Counted from the first letter of the stretch, positions 1 to 9,690 are shown. The stretch is DNA of 61,812 nt from an uncultured Lachnospiraceae bacterium (GCA_964368425.1 CAYJAP010000002.1:1-61812); one strand, 5' to 3'. Numbers and translations are program-made. Notes: a model not told the origin generated them from the sequence alone.

Positions 1-2523
1 TTGTGCAGCGAAAGATGAAACGTCCAGTTCTTGTGGAGATATAATCAAATCAACAGTTATAGGAGCCGCACCTTCCAACACATAGTTTTGATTTGTAACA
101 TATGGACTTATAGTATAAGTATATGTTCCCACTTCGCTATAACCCTCGTCGCTACCCGATGTAATACTTAACCCTACTCCTGCAGGCACACCCAAAACAT
201 CTGCCGATGAAATCGTATACGCCCCTCCATTATAAATCACATTCTTATTCACAGCAATTATCCCAGAAACATTAATTGGTTTTTTGCTTATTACTAAATC
301 TGTAGATATTTTATAGCAGGCGTATTCTTCATCTCCTACTTTGATAACATAGTTAGAGGCGTTCACAACTTCGAATTCAGCAACGTAACTATATGTTCCT
401 GCATCTGCGTATGTAGTAGTAAATGCAAATGACTCTTCCCCACCACCACGATGACTGTACGTTGCAAGCTGTAACCCAGTAGGAGGTGTGCCAGCGTCAA
501 TTCCTATTAACTGTGCACCCGTTGCTGTTCCGTCATATGTTTTTGAAGCAGTGTTGATTGTAACGGACGATAAATCAAATTCTTTCTTTGCAATGTGATA
601 AGTTCCTGTCCGCCATGTAACTGCATAATTTGTATTGGAACACGTTCCCGTTATTGCATACTCTCCAGCATTCGTGTTATCGGAACGAGAGAGCGATATT
701 CCCAAGCCTGTTTCATCAGCTGGCAACACATCACCAGTTATTAGCTCCCAAGTCAATTGTTTTTCATCGTCACCGTATACAATGCTCTTGTCATCTATCT
801 CAATAGTTAGTTCACGGGGACTTATGGTGTAAACACCGTCTACCCAGTAAGTTTCGTAGTTGTCAGATAAACTTGCAGAAATTACATACTCTCCAGCAGT
901 AGTGCCCTCTTCTTTGGTCAAGTTAATAGTGTCAGAATATGCTAAATCTCCTGCAGTTATGGCAAGGGTCAGCTCTTTCAAACTCTCTCCATAAAGGCTG
1001 GTTTTGTTATCAATAGTAAATGATATTTCTCTACGATTAATTGTATACGTCGCACTAGAAAAATTAATTATATAGTTAGGATTATTATAAGTGGCCGTTA
1101 TATTATACGCCCCAGCATTATTGTTATCAGGTTGCTCACGATTCAATACAATATTGAGGTCTTCTACACTGTCCCCTGACACCATAGCTATATCATGAGA
1201 GAACTCAAGTGATACTGGTTCTTCGCCATATGTCACTTGCCTATATAAAATGTCCACATTAATTGCACGGGGAAGAATAACATATGTCCCGTTAACAAAT
1301 TGCACATTATAATTAGAGTTGTTATAAGTGGCCGTCAGCACATAAGAACCGTTATTTACACCACTCTGTTTTGTTACCACTACACCCAAATTATCTGTCC
1401 CAACAACTGACCCGCTTGTCACGGTTGTAGAAAGAGCAACAAAGCTTTCACCATAGACACTTTGTTTGTTATCTATTTGTATTGTCAGTTGACGAGGAGT
1501 TATTGTATATGTGGCTCCGCTGTTAAATGAAATCTGATAGTTATTGTTATTATACGTTGCAGAGATAGTATATTCTCCGACATTGTCTCCAGCTGCCCGA
1601 GTGATGTTAATATTAATATCATCTCCCGAAACTACTCCTTTGCTTCCTGCCGCCATTGCATAAGTGAGAGAAGTACTGTTGCCGTACTCAACTGTTTTGC
1701 TATCCAAATTAATAGCTACCACTCTTTTTGTAATATTAATCGTAGCAGACACACTACTGGTTTGCGCGCCGTAAAAAAGCTGCGCCAGCACTTCATGCGT
1801 ACCAGCATTAATCTTTTTATTTCCGAAATATTGTACAGTAACACCTGTAGGAAGGTCGCCAACAAATATTGACTTTTCTGTCCCATCGTATTCAAAAGAC
1901 TGCCCCGTAAAAGTTATTTCACTTAAGTCAACCTCTTCATCCTTTTCTGACACATACATTCTTATTGTGCCAGTACTCAATGTGTAGTTGTTACTATCTC
2001 TTGGAGTGAATGTCCATGTATAGTTGTTCCATCCCGCCAGCAGCGTTTGTCCCGCGTCCAACGCTACAGTTCCTAACGTGCTATTGGAATATATCTGAGG
2101 AAGTGCTCCTCCTTCAATCAATGACCCGTCATTAAATCTATCCTCTTCAGTTATCTCGACAATCAAAGTTTCTTTATTTATTTTTAGAGTGACAGACATG
2201 TCTTCCACCCTTTTATATTTTGTAACATCTACAGTAAACTTAGCGGTTATCAAATATTCGCCAGCATCTGTTGCCCCACTAAATAGTTCGTCGTTGTAAT
2301 AATAATTCACTTGCGCCCCTACCGGCAACTCTCCTGTTATAGCCACTGTTCGGACAGTGTTATACTGGTAAGTGTACTCCGCGCCAGAAAAAGAAAGTCC
2401 TTTAATTTCAGTAAGTGTAGTAACTGGAGGTAACTCTCCACCTTCATTCTTACATGATACCAGTACAAGACCCATGCTAAAGAAAACCATTACTATTAAT
2501 ATTTTGTTGAGTATATTTTTCAT
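1..2523 (-). CDS. Surface lipoprotein built of tandem MBG-type (YG / YDG) beta-repeat modules; partial, C-terminus runs off the window
   Basis: Absent from the ORF track because there is no stop in the window. I read the minus frame triplet by triplet over about 1-2000 and 1981-2523 and saw no stop. ATG at 2523-2521. N-terminus MKNILNKILIVMVFFSMGLVLVSC is a signal peptide plus lipobox Cys. Repeated ..YG..x..GD..G.Y.I...NY.I.. modules follow. Confidence 0.8.
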   Translation of the reverse strand, partial: MKNILNKILIVMVFFSMGLVLVSCKNEGGELPPVTTLTEIKGLSFSGAEYTYQYNTVRTVAITGELPVGAQVNYYYNDELFSGATDAGEYLITAKFTVDVTKYKRVEDMSVTLKINKETLIVEITEEDRFNDGSLIEGGALPQIYSNSTLGTVALDAGQTLLAGWNNYTWTFTPRDSNNYTLSTGTIRMYVSEKDEEVDLSEITFTGQSFEYDGTEKSIFVGDLPTGVTVQYFGNKKINAGTHEVLAQLFYGAQTSSVSATINITKRVVAINLDSKTVEYGNSTSLTYAMAAGSKGVVSGDDININITRAAGDNVGEYTISATYNNNNYQISFNSGATYTITPRQLTIQIDNKQSVYGESFVALSTTVTSGSVVGTDNLGVVVTKQSGVNNGSYVLTATYNNSNYNVQFVNGTYVILPRAINVDILYRQVTYGEEPVSLEFSHDIAMVSGDSVEDLNIVLNREQPDNNNAGAYNITATYNNPNYIINFSSATYTINRREISFTIDNKTSLYGESLKELTLAITAGDLAYSDTINLTKEEGTTAGEYVISASLSDNYETYWVDGVYTISPRELTIEIDDKSIVYGDDEKQLTWELITGDVLPADETGLGISLSRSDNTNAGEYAITGTCSNTNYAVTWRTGTYHIAKKEFDLSSVTINTASKTYDGTATGAQLIGIDAGTPPTGLQLATYSHRGGGEESFAFTTTYADAGTYSYVAEFEVVNASNYVIKVGDEEYACYKISTDLVISKKPINVSGIIAVNKNVIYNGGAYTISSADVLGVPAGVGLSITSGSDEGYSEVGTYTYTISPYVTNQNYVLEGAAPITVDLIISPQELDVSSFAAQ
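590..1727 (-). repeat. Five tandem ~225-240 bp coding repeats (YG-type MBG modules) inside the lipoprotein gene
   Basis: Each unit translates to I.PR.LTI..D.K...YG.......T...G.V.GD.....L.R.....AGEY.I......NY.I....G.Y.I. Unit boundaries are near 815, 1040, 1270 and 1497. YDG-type variants flank this block on both sides. Confidence 0.6.
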
Positions 2524-2877
2524 AATTCTTCACTTTATATTATGTATTTTGTGTATAAAATTCATAGTTATGTTAACAAATATATAATATCATAAATAGC
2601 TATTATTCTCCACTTATTTTAGACAAATACTTAGAAGCTTCACTACCCCATCTCCGAATTTGTAAACTCTTACCCGCGGAGAAGTTCTTTCAGTCAACCA
2701 TTTAATGATTAATTTAAGCCATTTAAAATATGCTTAGTAAAAAATGTTTAGCAAAAAATATGCCCGTCCAACCGGCATTTTCAACTGTTAAAATACTCTT
2801 TTGTAATCATGAAAATTCTTAGCAAAAATCAACTGTAAAAAAAAGTGATAAAATTAAAAAAAGTTGTATTTAAATAG

Positions 2878-2906
2878 TTGCTAGCCCGTTTTAAAGGTGC
2901 TACAAT
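2878..2906 (+). promoter_or_regulatory. Sigma-A type promoter (TTGCTA-17 nt-TACAAT) for the micro-ORF
   Basis: TTGCTA at 2878-2883, 17-nt spacer, TACAAT at 2901-2906, about 40 nt upstream of the ATG at 2946. Confidence 0.5.
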
Positions 2907-2945
2907 AAGCTAACTGAAAAGAAGAAATTAAAGGAGGATATTATA

Positions 2946-3023
2946 ATGGCAACAGTTAAAAAAGCAGCACCTGCAAAAAAGGCAGCTACAGCTAAGAAAG
3001 CAGCTACAGCTAAAAAGAAATAG
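2946..3023 (+). CDS. 25-aa Lys/Ala-repeat basic micro-protein (MATVKKAAPAKKAATAKKAATAKKK)
   Basis: AAAGGAGGA SD lies 7 nt upstream of the ATG. Stop TAG at 3021-3023, followed immediately by an intrinsic terminator. Below the 60-aa cutoff of the ORF track. Confidence 0.55.
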   Translation: MATVKKAAPAKKAATAKKAATAKKK

Positions 3024-3034
3024 TTTTATTTCTT

Positions 3035-3061
3035 ACACAACCACCCGGTTGTGTTTTTTTA
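3035..3061 (+). terminator. Rho-independent terminator of the micro-ORF
   Basis: ACACAACC (3035-3042), loop ACCC, GGTTGTGT (3047-3054), then T7. Confidence 0.7.
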
Positions 3062-3063
3062 CA

Positions 3064-3098
3064 CAACAAAAAAACAACCCCTTGAAGAGGTTGTTTTT
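3064..3098 (-). terminator. Rho-independent terminator of the coiled-coil gene
   Basis: Minus-strand reading gives AAAACAACC / GGTTGTTTT arms followed by a U-run. It starts 2 nt after the stop at 3100-3102. Confidence 0.6.
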
Positions 3099-3099
3099 A

Positions 3100-5463
3100 T
3101 TATGCTCTTTCTGGCATTAACCACCAGCGCGCGTCGTAATCTACAACACCATTTTTTAGCAGCCATTTATAAGTTTGAGTTTTTAAGCTTTCACTGTTAC
3201 TTAAAGCTCCGTTCCTTAAATTAGAAGCTCTTTGAGCCTGTTGATTTAAAATATTTTCTTCAGAAATATTATAGTTGGTTTTTTCTCTGATTAAATCGTT
3301 TTTACGTAGGTTGTTCACACTCAATTTATTCCTACTCTCATTAAGTATCTCAGCGTTGTTAATTTTATTTTGTTCAACACTGTTTGCATACTCTTCTCTA
3401 GCTTGTTTGCGCAACTCTTCAATTGCATATGTTGCTCTTGAACAGTTATCTTCCACTTCAACCACTTGTTCAGCTATACTTGCGTTGAACACATCTTTCT
3501 CCTCCAGCATAGCACCCTTGACTTCTCCAAATGCTGCATCAGATTCTTTAATGAACCTTTCATACTCATCTGATAGATACTGCTTCGTTTCACTGTATTT
3601 ATCTCCCAGCTCAACTAGTGCACCCTCTATGTTGGAGATCATATGTCCTTTTCTAGCAGTAGATAATGTAACAAACTCAGTTGTTGTTGATTGTTGTCCT
3701 TCATACAACTCTCTTAGTTGAGATATTTTGGTATCAGTATCTTCGCGCTCTTTTCTAAGCTTATCATTATAATTTTTTACAATCTGTCTATTTAAACTCA
3801 GCGCTTGCGACATCGCCTGCTTATAAATATCCTCACTGCTCGCAACCGCAGCACGGATTATTTCCGCCTCATCATTTTCTTGTTTTGCAACAGCGTCATG
3901 TAATAGATTCTCAAGTGTTTCTTGTTCAGCAATATGCATCTCATGTGTAGCATTAATCGCCTCTTCATACTCCAACTTCTGCGCTTTTTTCATCTTATCT
4001 ATCTCAACTTTAAACGCCTTATACCTGTCCTCTTCGAGCTGTATCATGTTTTTCAACTCTTCTTCTAATCGAGTTTTTTTCACTTCTGAGATATCTATCT
4101 CAGCATCGTGGGTTAATCGATTGTACACATTACAGTTTTTTAGTTTCTCCATATTAACTAGGTGACGTAAATCAACCTTCGCGACATCTATCAAATAATG
4201 AAATTTTGCAAATTCATTATTCTCGCTCCTACGGATATTAGCTATCTCTATACGTTTATCAATCTCCGCGTTTTTAAGCACCTGTTTCTGCGCCAAGCTA
4301 GCGATAATCTTAACTTTCTTCTCAATCTCTTGTGCAACCTTAAAATCGAAGGAGGCTTCTTTAAACTTCAGATCATATCCCAGAGCCTCAATCACAATGT
4401 TACTTGCCTCTATCTTTTTAGCATCTTGATATGCATACAAATCTCGTAATCTGTTTGTCTGATACTCCTCTTCTTCCTGCAACTGTGTTAAATCAGTTTT
4501 ATTGATGGAGTTCTTACGCTCGTTGGCTATCTTTAACACATCAAAATCATTTTCTATTATTCTCTTTCTAAGCTTGTTCTCTTCCTCCACACAGATATAT
4601 GCTGTGTTGGCAAATAACTTTCTGCTAGCAGCATCGTACTCTCTTCTAGCCGACGCCCTTTCTCGCTCGATGTGATGTAGTCCCGTCTTTAGTGATTTAC
4701 GTTCCGCATGTACAGATTTTCTAATATTTTTTCTGGTATCTCTGTCTACTGAATCAAACCTGTCCATCAGTTGGCGTTCTTTTCTCTCAAAATCAGCACT
4801 CAACTCTTTTTCTCGTCTATCACAATCCTCAAGAACCGTTTGATACTTACGCTCTATTGATTCCATTTCAGATTTGTGTTTTTGGTTAGCGGAAGTTATA
4901 CGCGACTCAATTTCTCTGGTATCCGTGTCAAATTTAACTCGCATGTTTTGCACCATTGCGAGGAAGTTTTTTTCCATCTCCTGAGAATTTTTTGTTCTTC
5001 TTGCACGAACCTCATCGATTCTTTTGCTTTCCGATTCAACAGCAAGGTCGTTGGTTTTCTCTATATCTTCACGACGAGCTTTGGCGACTATCTCAGAAGT
5101 CTCCTTCTCGTTTTTAAATTTATCTCTTGCAGAAGAGTGTGCGGAACGCTGTTCGGATAATCGAGTGTTAGAGTCTGCAACCTCCGTCTTCATTGCCAAA
5201 TTAGCTTTAGCGATTGCAGCAGAACACTCTTTTTCTGCTTCTTTTATTTTCTGGAGAGAGTTAGCTTTTAGGCGAGATAAAGGTTCTTTGATTTTTTTCA
5301 ACTCTTTTTCGTAGTTGCGGTTTAAAAGATTTATACTATCCAACATTTGTTGTCTAGCAGCATCCGCCTCTAGCTTTCTTTTATCTTTGTTTATATAAAA
5401 CATAGGCGGGATATGTCCGCTCTCTTCTATCTCAATAGTTTCCTTAGATACTTTTTTTGCCAT
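3100..5463 (-). CDS. Large (about 790 aa) Glu/Lys/Arg-rich coiled-coil protein of unknown function with a Trp-rich C-terminal tail
   Basis: Long ORF 3100..5589. I prefer the start at MAKKVSKE (ATG 5463, AGAGGGAAGT upstream) because a TTGTTA-17-TATAAT promoter sits at 5546-5574, inside the 5' extension. Alternative start is MVFVEK at 5532. Heptad-like charged sequence throughout; ends ..TYKWLLKNGVVDYDARWWLMPERA. Confidence 0.7.
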   Translation of the reverse strand: MAKKVSKETIEIEESGHIPPMFYINKDKRKLEADAARQQMLDSINLLNRNYEKELKKIKEPLSRLKANSLQKIKEAEKECSAAIAKANLAMKTEVADSNTRLSEQRSAHSSARDKFKNEKETSEIVAKARREDIEKTNDLAVESESKRIDEVRARRTKNSQEMEKNFLAMVQNMRVKFDTDTREIESRITSANQKHKSEMESIERKYQTVLEDCDRREKELSADFERKERQLMDRFDSVDRDTRKNIRKSVHAERKSLKTGLHHIERERASARREYDAASRKLFANTAYICVEEENKLRKRIIENDFDVLKIANERKNSINKTDLTQLQEEEEYQTNRLRDLYAYQDAKKIEASNIVIEALGYDLKFKEASFDFKVAQEIEKKVKIIASLAQKQVLKNAEIDKRIEIANIRRSENNEFAKFHYLIDVAKVDLRHLVNMEKLKNCNVYNRLTHDAEIDISEVKKTRLEEELKNMIQLEEDRYKAFKVEIDKMKKAQKLEYEEAINATHEMHIAEQETLENLLHDAVAKQENDEAEIIRAAVASSEDIYKQAMSQALSLNRQIVKNYNDKLRKEREDTDTKISQLRELYEGQQSTTTEFVTLSTARKGHMISNIEGALVELGDKYSETKQYLSDEYERFIKESDAAFGEVKGAMLEEKDVFNASIAEQVVEVEDNCSRATYAIEELRKQAREEYANSVEQNKINNAEILNESRNKLSVNNLRKNDLIREKTNYNISEENILNQQAQRASNLRNGALSNSESLKTQTYKWLLKNGVVDYDARWWLMPERA

Positions 5464-5545
5464 ACTTCCCTCTTTGGTTCGCTCGACCCTTTCATCGCGA
5501 TACGCATTAAATGCTTTTTCAACAAAAACCATTTTGAGCACCTTG

Positions 5546-5574
5546 ATTATATCATTTATATAAAATAATAACAA
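5546..5574 (-). promoter_or_regulatory. Sigma-A type promoter (TTGTTA-17-TATAAT) of the coiled-coil gene
   Basis: Reverse complement of 5569-5574 is TTGTTA and of 5546-5551 is TATAAT, with a 17-nt spacer. Confidence 0.45.
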
Positions 5575-5745
5575 ATATTTTGTGAGCATTTAGCCACTTT
5601 TACACAGTATAAAAAACCACACATATACAAAAAATATAAATAATCAAAAAAAGAAATTCTCGTTCGCTTTTTGTAAAGCGTGTAAATGATGGACATTTCC
5701 TCCGATTTATATTATTATATAACTTGAAAATTTAAAAAGGTGCAT

Positions 5746-7563
5746 ATGAAAAAATCTCTAGTAATATTATTCCTACTATCTATAAGTTTAACCTCTTTAT
5801 TCTTGTATTCCTGTAAAAAAGACAAGGGGACTTTTAGCATCACAACTCCAGTAAACAGCTCCGAATTTTCTATAACACTGGAAGAAGGTGGGCAACAAGT
5901 AAAAGACGGCGAATTTTCTGCAACAGGGGGAAGTAACGTAAAGTTCAAACTAACTCTGAACGATAAATATAACAGAAATGTTGTTGTGGTTAAAAATAAG
6001 GGCGAGAAGTTAACACTCTCTAACGGTAGTACGACCAACGTTGCGTACTTTACTCTGTCTAATATTACAGCAAATGCAGAAATAACTGTAGAAAATTTAC
6101 AAGTGAAAAAACTTGCTATTTTTATCGCTTATCAGAAAAATGCTGACGGTTCTATACTAAATGGCAACCAAGAATATTTGAGACTGGGCATACACTCCCG
6201 AGAGCATTATAATCCAGTTAGTACAGTCATCTCCCTCTCTAACCAACGACGTATTGAAGTTGAATATGGAGAACCTCTATCTATATACGTAAAAACTACC
6301 CGACAACAAATATTTGCTATATACACATTGGAGTTATCACACTCCTCAGATAGCTATTCAGGAACTGAACAAGCGGGAACAATTCCTGCCCTAACAGTTT
6401 CGCAGACAAAATATGCCGACGAATACTTGTTTTCTTTACCAACCGTTACACAAAGTACAACTATATATATCGACTCCACTAACATGCGAAAAGGATTGCA
6501 CACGACGATTAAGCCACCTGTGAATGAAACAATATCTGTAGAAGCAAGTAAGAGTAATAAAACATGGGGAGAATCCTTCTCATTTTCAGTTACAAAACTA
6601 CAACCATCGAAGCCAGAAATATATACCAACATGGAAGTGTGGGTAAATGATCGTAAGATAGAATCGCCTAATGCAAACGGACAATATATCATTCCGTCAG
6701 ACACTACACCCGCAGATGTAACAGATCCAGATTCTGAGTTCGATAATACAAAATTTTGCATACACATCAAAAATCTGTACTTGGAAAGAGATGATACAGA
6801 ATCTCTTGTAAACATTAAGTTCGTAAGAGACACAATCCCTATAGAGGAAGACCCTGACGCCCGCATTTTCGATTTTGACGAGCGTCTAAATATCCCCTAT
6901 GCCGTAAAGAACGGGAACACTGACGTTTTTATATTTCCAAACAATACATCAGCAGACTATACCGTTGCCAGTTATCAGTTTCGCGTAGGTTTTGATTATC
7001 AACCATTCTCCGAATTAGAGTTCTGGGACGAGGAAGAGAGTAGCAAAATAGATCTGTTCTCTCCTAATAGTCGGCGATGGAGTTCAGACTTCTGCATAAG
7101 CTTCACGCGTAGTAAAGTTGATAGTGAATATCTGTACAAAATAGAGATAAAAAAAACACGTTCTTCTCAAGCAGAAGAGTTAACCATTTATTTAAAACTG
7201 CCACTTTTTACACTTAGCCATCATTTGTTCCGGATATACAACCCGAAAGCACCCTTATATAATATGTATGCTTACACAGCTAGTAATCCAGAGCCACTGT
7301 TGATAACTAATACAACGTCTGAGCAGGCTAGAAACCAAGATGCTTTCAAGGTGCTGTGGATGGATACTCTATATATAGAAATCAGACGAAAACCTGGACA
7401 CACTATCTCACTTGCGAACTTTGATCTGAGTTGGAGTTATAACACTCCCACTATTGAAGTTTTCCCTGACGATCACGGAATATACAAAAAGCTATATTCG
7501 TGGGAAGTCAATGATTTCTCTCAATGGACCAACACAGGGGGAACAGAGATATGGGGAACTTAA
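5746..7563 (+). CDS. Lipoprotein of unknown function (about 605 aa, predicted all-beta)
   Basis: The track ORF starts at GTG 5740. ATG 5746 lies 5 nt after AAAAGG. MKKSLVILFLLSISLTSLFLYSC is a signal peptide with a lipobox-like Cys. I recognise no family motif. Confidence 0.7.
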   Translation: MKKSLVILFLLSISLTSLFLYSCKKDKGTFSITTPVNSSEFSITLEEGGQQVKDGEFSATGGSNVKFKLTLNDKYNRNVVVVKNKGEKLTLSNGSTTNVAYFTLSNITANAEITVENLQVKKLAIFIAYQKNADGSILNGNQEYLRLGIHSREHYNPVSTVISLSNQRRIEVEYGEPLSIYVKTTRQQIFAIYTLELSHSSDSYSGTEQAGTIPALTVSQTKYADEYLFSLPTVTQSTTIYIDSTNMRKGLHTTIKPPVNETISVEASKSNKTWGESFSFSVTKLQPSKPEIYTNMEVWVNDRKIESPNANGQYIIPSDTTPADVTDPDSEFDNTKFCIHIKNLYLERDDTESLVNIKFVRDTIPIEEDPDARIFDFDERLNIPYAVKNGNTDVFIFPNNTSADYTVASYQFRVGFDYQPFSELEFWDEEESSKIDLFSPNSRRWSSDFCISFTRSKVDSEYLYKIEIKKTRSSQAEELTIYLKLPLFTLSHHLFRIYNPKAPLYNMYAYTASNPEPLLITNTTSEQARNQDAFKVLWMDTLYIEIRRKPGHTISLANFDLSWSYNTPTIEVFPDDHGIYKKLYSWEVNDFSQWTNTGGTEIWGT

Positions 7564-7567
7564 ATAA

Positions 7568-8785
7568 TTAAACTAAATCTCTATCTGGAGAAAATAGATA
7601 GAGATTTTTGTCTCTGTCATGAAAAAATAATTTACTCATCATTTGTGCTCCCACAATAGAATATATGATACCATTAGCACCATATCCCACACAATACCAT
7701 AGCACGGGATTTGTTTTGCTTGGACCCATTATTGCCATATTGTCTAAAGTAGAGGAAAACGCTCCACAGAATTTATAATCGATAGAAAATTTATTCTTTA
7801 ATTTAGGGAACATTGTTGTTATGTTTTTGATGAGTGCAAGATACTTTTTCTCGGCATCTTTATTTTTTATAGTGCTATTTTTAAAAGCTATATCTTCACC
7901 ACCCATTATTATTCTGTTGTCCGGACTGAGGCGGATATAGTGATACGGGTCACTGTTGTCCTGTATTAGTGCTCGTTCGTGCCACTCAAAGTTTTTTATC
8001 GGGCAAGTCACTACTGTATAGCTAACGAACTTCTCACATAATCTTTTACTGGTGAATAATCGAGTGTTGTATCCTGTGGCACATACAATTCTTTTGCATT
8101 TAATTTTATGGTCGTACGCCGTTGTAATAACTGCGCCATCTTCCTCGTACTTAATAGCAATCGCTTCTGTATTTTCAAAAATTCTAGCACCCTTACTCTC
8201 TGCTTCTGTTAACATCTGCTTTTCAAAAAGATAAGGATTGAACTCCGCGCCGCCATCTGGACAGAATATACCCGCCTTCACGCTAAAGGGAAATGGATTG
8301 TTTTCTTCATCTATCCACTCAACGGCAAATCCATTTTCTTTTCGAAACAAAAACTCTCTTTCAAGCTCTGCTACCTCACCTTTCTTTGTAGTATACATCA
8401 ATGTAGGTCGAGCAGAATAATGACACGCATTTCCACTTTCTTTGATAAAAGAATCTATGTCTTGCAAAACTTTCAATCCCAGCTTGTAGCACTCCACTAT
8501 CTCTTCTTTCTTTAAGTATTGTGTAAGGTCGTTGGCATGATTATCAAGCTGATACTCGAGCAATGCAGTAGCACAGCTCGTACTCATTCTTCCCAGTCTG
8601 GACTTTTCAATCAGTACACAATCTATACCCGCCTTGCTCAGATAATAGAGCGCGATCGCTCCGTCTATCCCGCCACCCACAATTGCAACGTCGCAGGATA
8701 TATCCTTATCTAAGTATGGGTATTGTTTTATCTTTGTTGCCGTATCTGTAAAATACGGTTTCCCTTTTACGTATTCGGTTATCAT
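7568..8785 (-). CDS. FAD-dependent oxidoreductase (DAO / glycine-oxidase-like family)
   Basis: N-terminal dinucleotide fold DVAIVGGGIDGAIALYYLSKAGIDCVLIEK; 405 aa, typical of the family. Convergent with the lipoprotein gene, separated by a 4-nt gap. Confidence 0.7.
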   Translation of the reverse strand: MITEYVKGKPYFTDTATKIKQYPYLDKDISCDVAIVGGGIDGAIALYYLSKAGIDCVLIEKSRLGRMSTSCATALLEYQLDNHANDLTQYLKKEEIVECYKLGLKVLQDIDSFIKESGNACHYSARPTLMYTTKKGEVAELEREFLFRKENGFAVEWIDEENNPFPFSVKAGIFCPDGGAEFNPYLFEKQMLTEAESKGARIFENTEAIAIKYEEDGAVITTAYDHKIKCKRIVCATGYNTRLFTSKRLCEKFVSYTVVTCPIKNFEWHERALIQDNSDPYHYIRLSPDNRIIMGGEDIAFKNSTIKNKDAEKKYLALIKNITTMFPKLKNKFSIDYKFCGAFSSTLDNMAIMGPSKTNPVLWYCVGYGANGIIYSIVGAQMMSKLFFHDRDKNLYLFSPDRDLV

Positions 8786-8870
8786 TATCTTCCCCGCCGT
8801 ATTTTATACCCCTCCTTTGTTTTCATAAATCACGACATATGATATAATGAAAAAAAATAGTTGGAGCATT

Positions 8871-9635
8871 ATGAAAATAGTTTCCTATAATTTAAATGGT
8901 ATACGTTCGGCAACATCAAAAGGGTTAGTGGAGTGGATAAATTCCAGTAACGTAGACATTTTCTGTTTCCAAGAAACACGAGCTAATGGAGAACAGATAG
9001 CTGATGCCATCCGAGGATTGGATAAAAGTTATCTGACTTTTTGGAGCGAGAGTGAACGGAAGGGATACAGTGGCACAGGGATAGTAACTAGGATAGAGCC
9101 TCTCAACGCGTATACTTACCTCCCGTCGTTTAAGACAGATACCGAGGGACGATTCACGGTGTTGGAGTACGACAAGTTTATATTGATAAACTGTTATGTG
9201 CCTAATGGGGGAACTCGACTGGAGTTCAAGCTGAACTTTATGGACACTCTCGTTAACGACTTGCACAAATTAATAAAACAGAAAAAAGAAGTTATATTTT
9301 GCACAGATATTAATATTGCACATAACGAAATAGACGTTTCTTTTCCTAAACAAGCGACTCTTCGGACGGGCTTTCTAACTGTTGAGAGAGAGAAGTTCGA
9401 GGATGTATTGAAGACCGGTTTAACCGATTCGTTTAGATATCTACATCCCGACAAACAGGTTTTTTCTTGGTCGTCTTACCGAGCGAAAATTATAGGTGGA
9501 AACTTTGGTTGGAAGTACCGCTTCGACTACGTGTTTTTAACCAAAAATCTACTCACAAAATTGCAGTCTTGTGAAATTTTAACTAACGTCATGTACAGCG
9601 ATCACTTCCCAGTAGTGTGTGAAGTAGAGATATAA
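8871..9635 (+). CDS. xth: Exodeoxyribonuclease III (AP endonuclease)
   Basis: MKIVSYNLNGIRS...FCFQETRA...SDHFPVVCEVEI. I chose the start at the internal ATG 8871, which has GGAG 5 nt upstream; the track start 8847 adds 8 atypical residues. Confidence 0.88.
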   Translation: MKIVSYNLNGIRSATSKGLVEWINSSNVDIFCFQETRANGEQIADAIRGLDKSYLTFWSESERKGYSGTGIVTRIEPLNAYTYLPSFKTDTEGRFTVLEYDKFILINCYVPNGGTRLEFKLNFMDTLVNDLHKLIKQKKEVIFCTDINIAHNEIDVSFPKQATLRTGFLTVEREKFEDVLKTGLTDSFRYLHPDKQVFSWSSYRAKIIGGNFGWKYRFDYVFLTKNLLTKLQSCEILTNVMYSDHFPVVCEVEI

Positions 9636-9690
9636 TCTGTTGTTTTAGCACATAAATTTGAGTAAATGCATATATTTTTAAAGAATATTA

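Noticed and set aside
3275-5314. Plus-strand ORFs of 83-148 aa (3275..3721, 4198..4449, 4876..5160, 5024..5314) inside the coiled-coil gene
   Set aside because: They are antisense shadows of a long, codon-biased GAA/AAG-rich gene. Their products are low-complexity Ser/Leu/Phe strings, they have no SDs, and they sit fully inside a much longer ORF.
5464-5589. N-terminal 42-codon extension of the 829-aa track ORF (MLTKYLLLFYINDIIKVLK...)
   Set aside because: The extension contains a TTGTTA-17-TATAAT promoter and no SD, whereas downstream ATGs (5532, 5463) have SD-like sequences. It is probably not translated.
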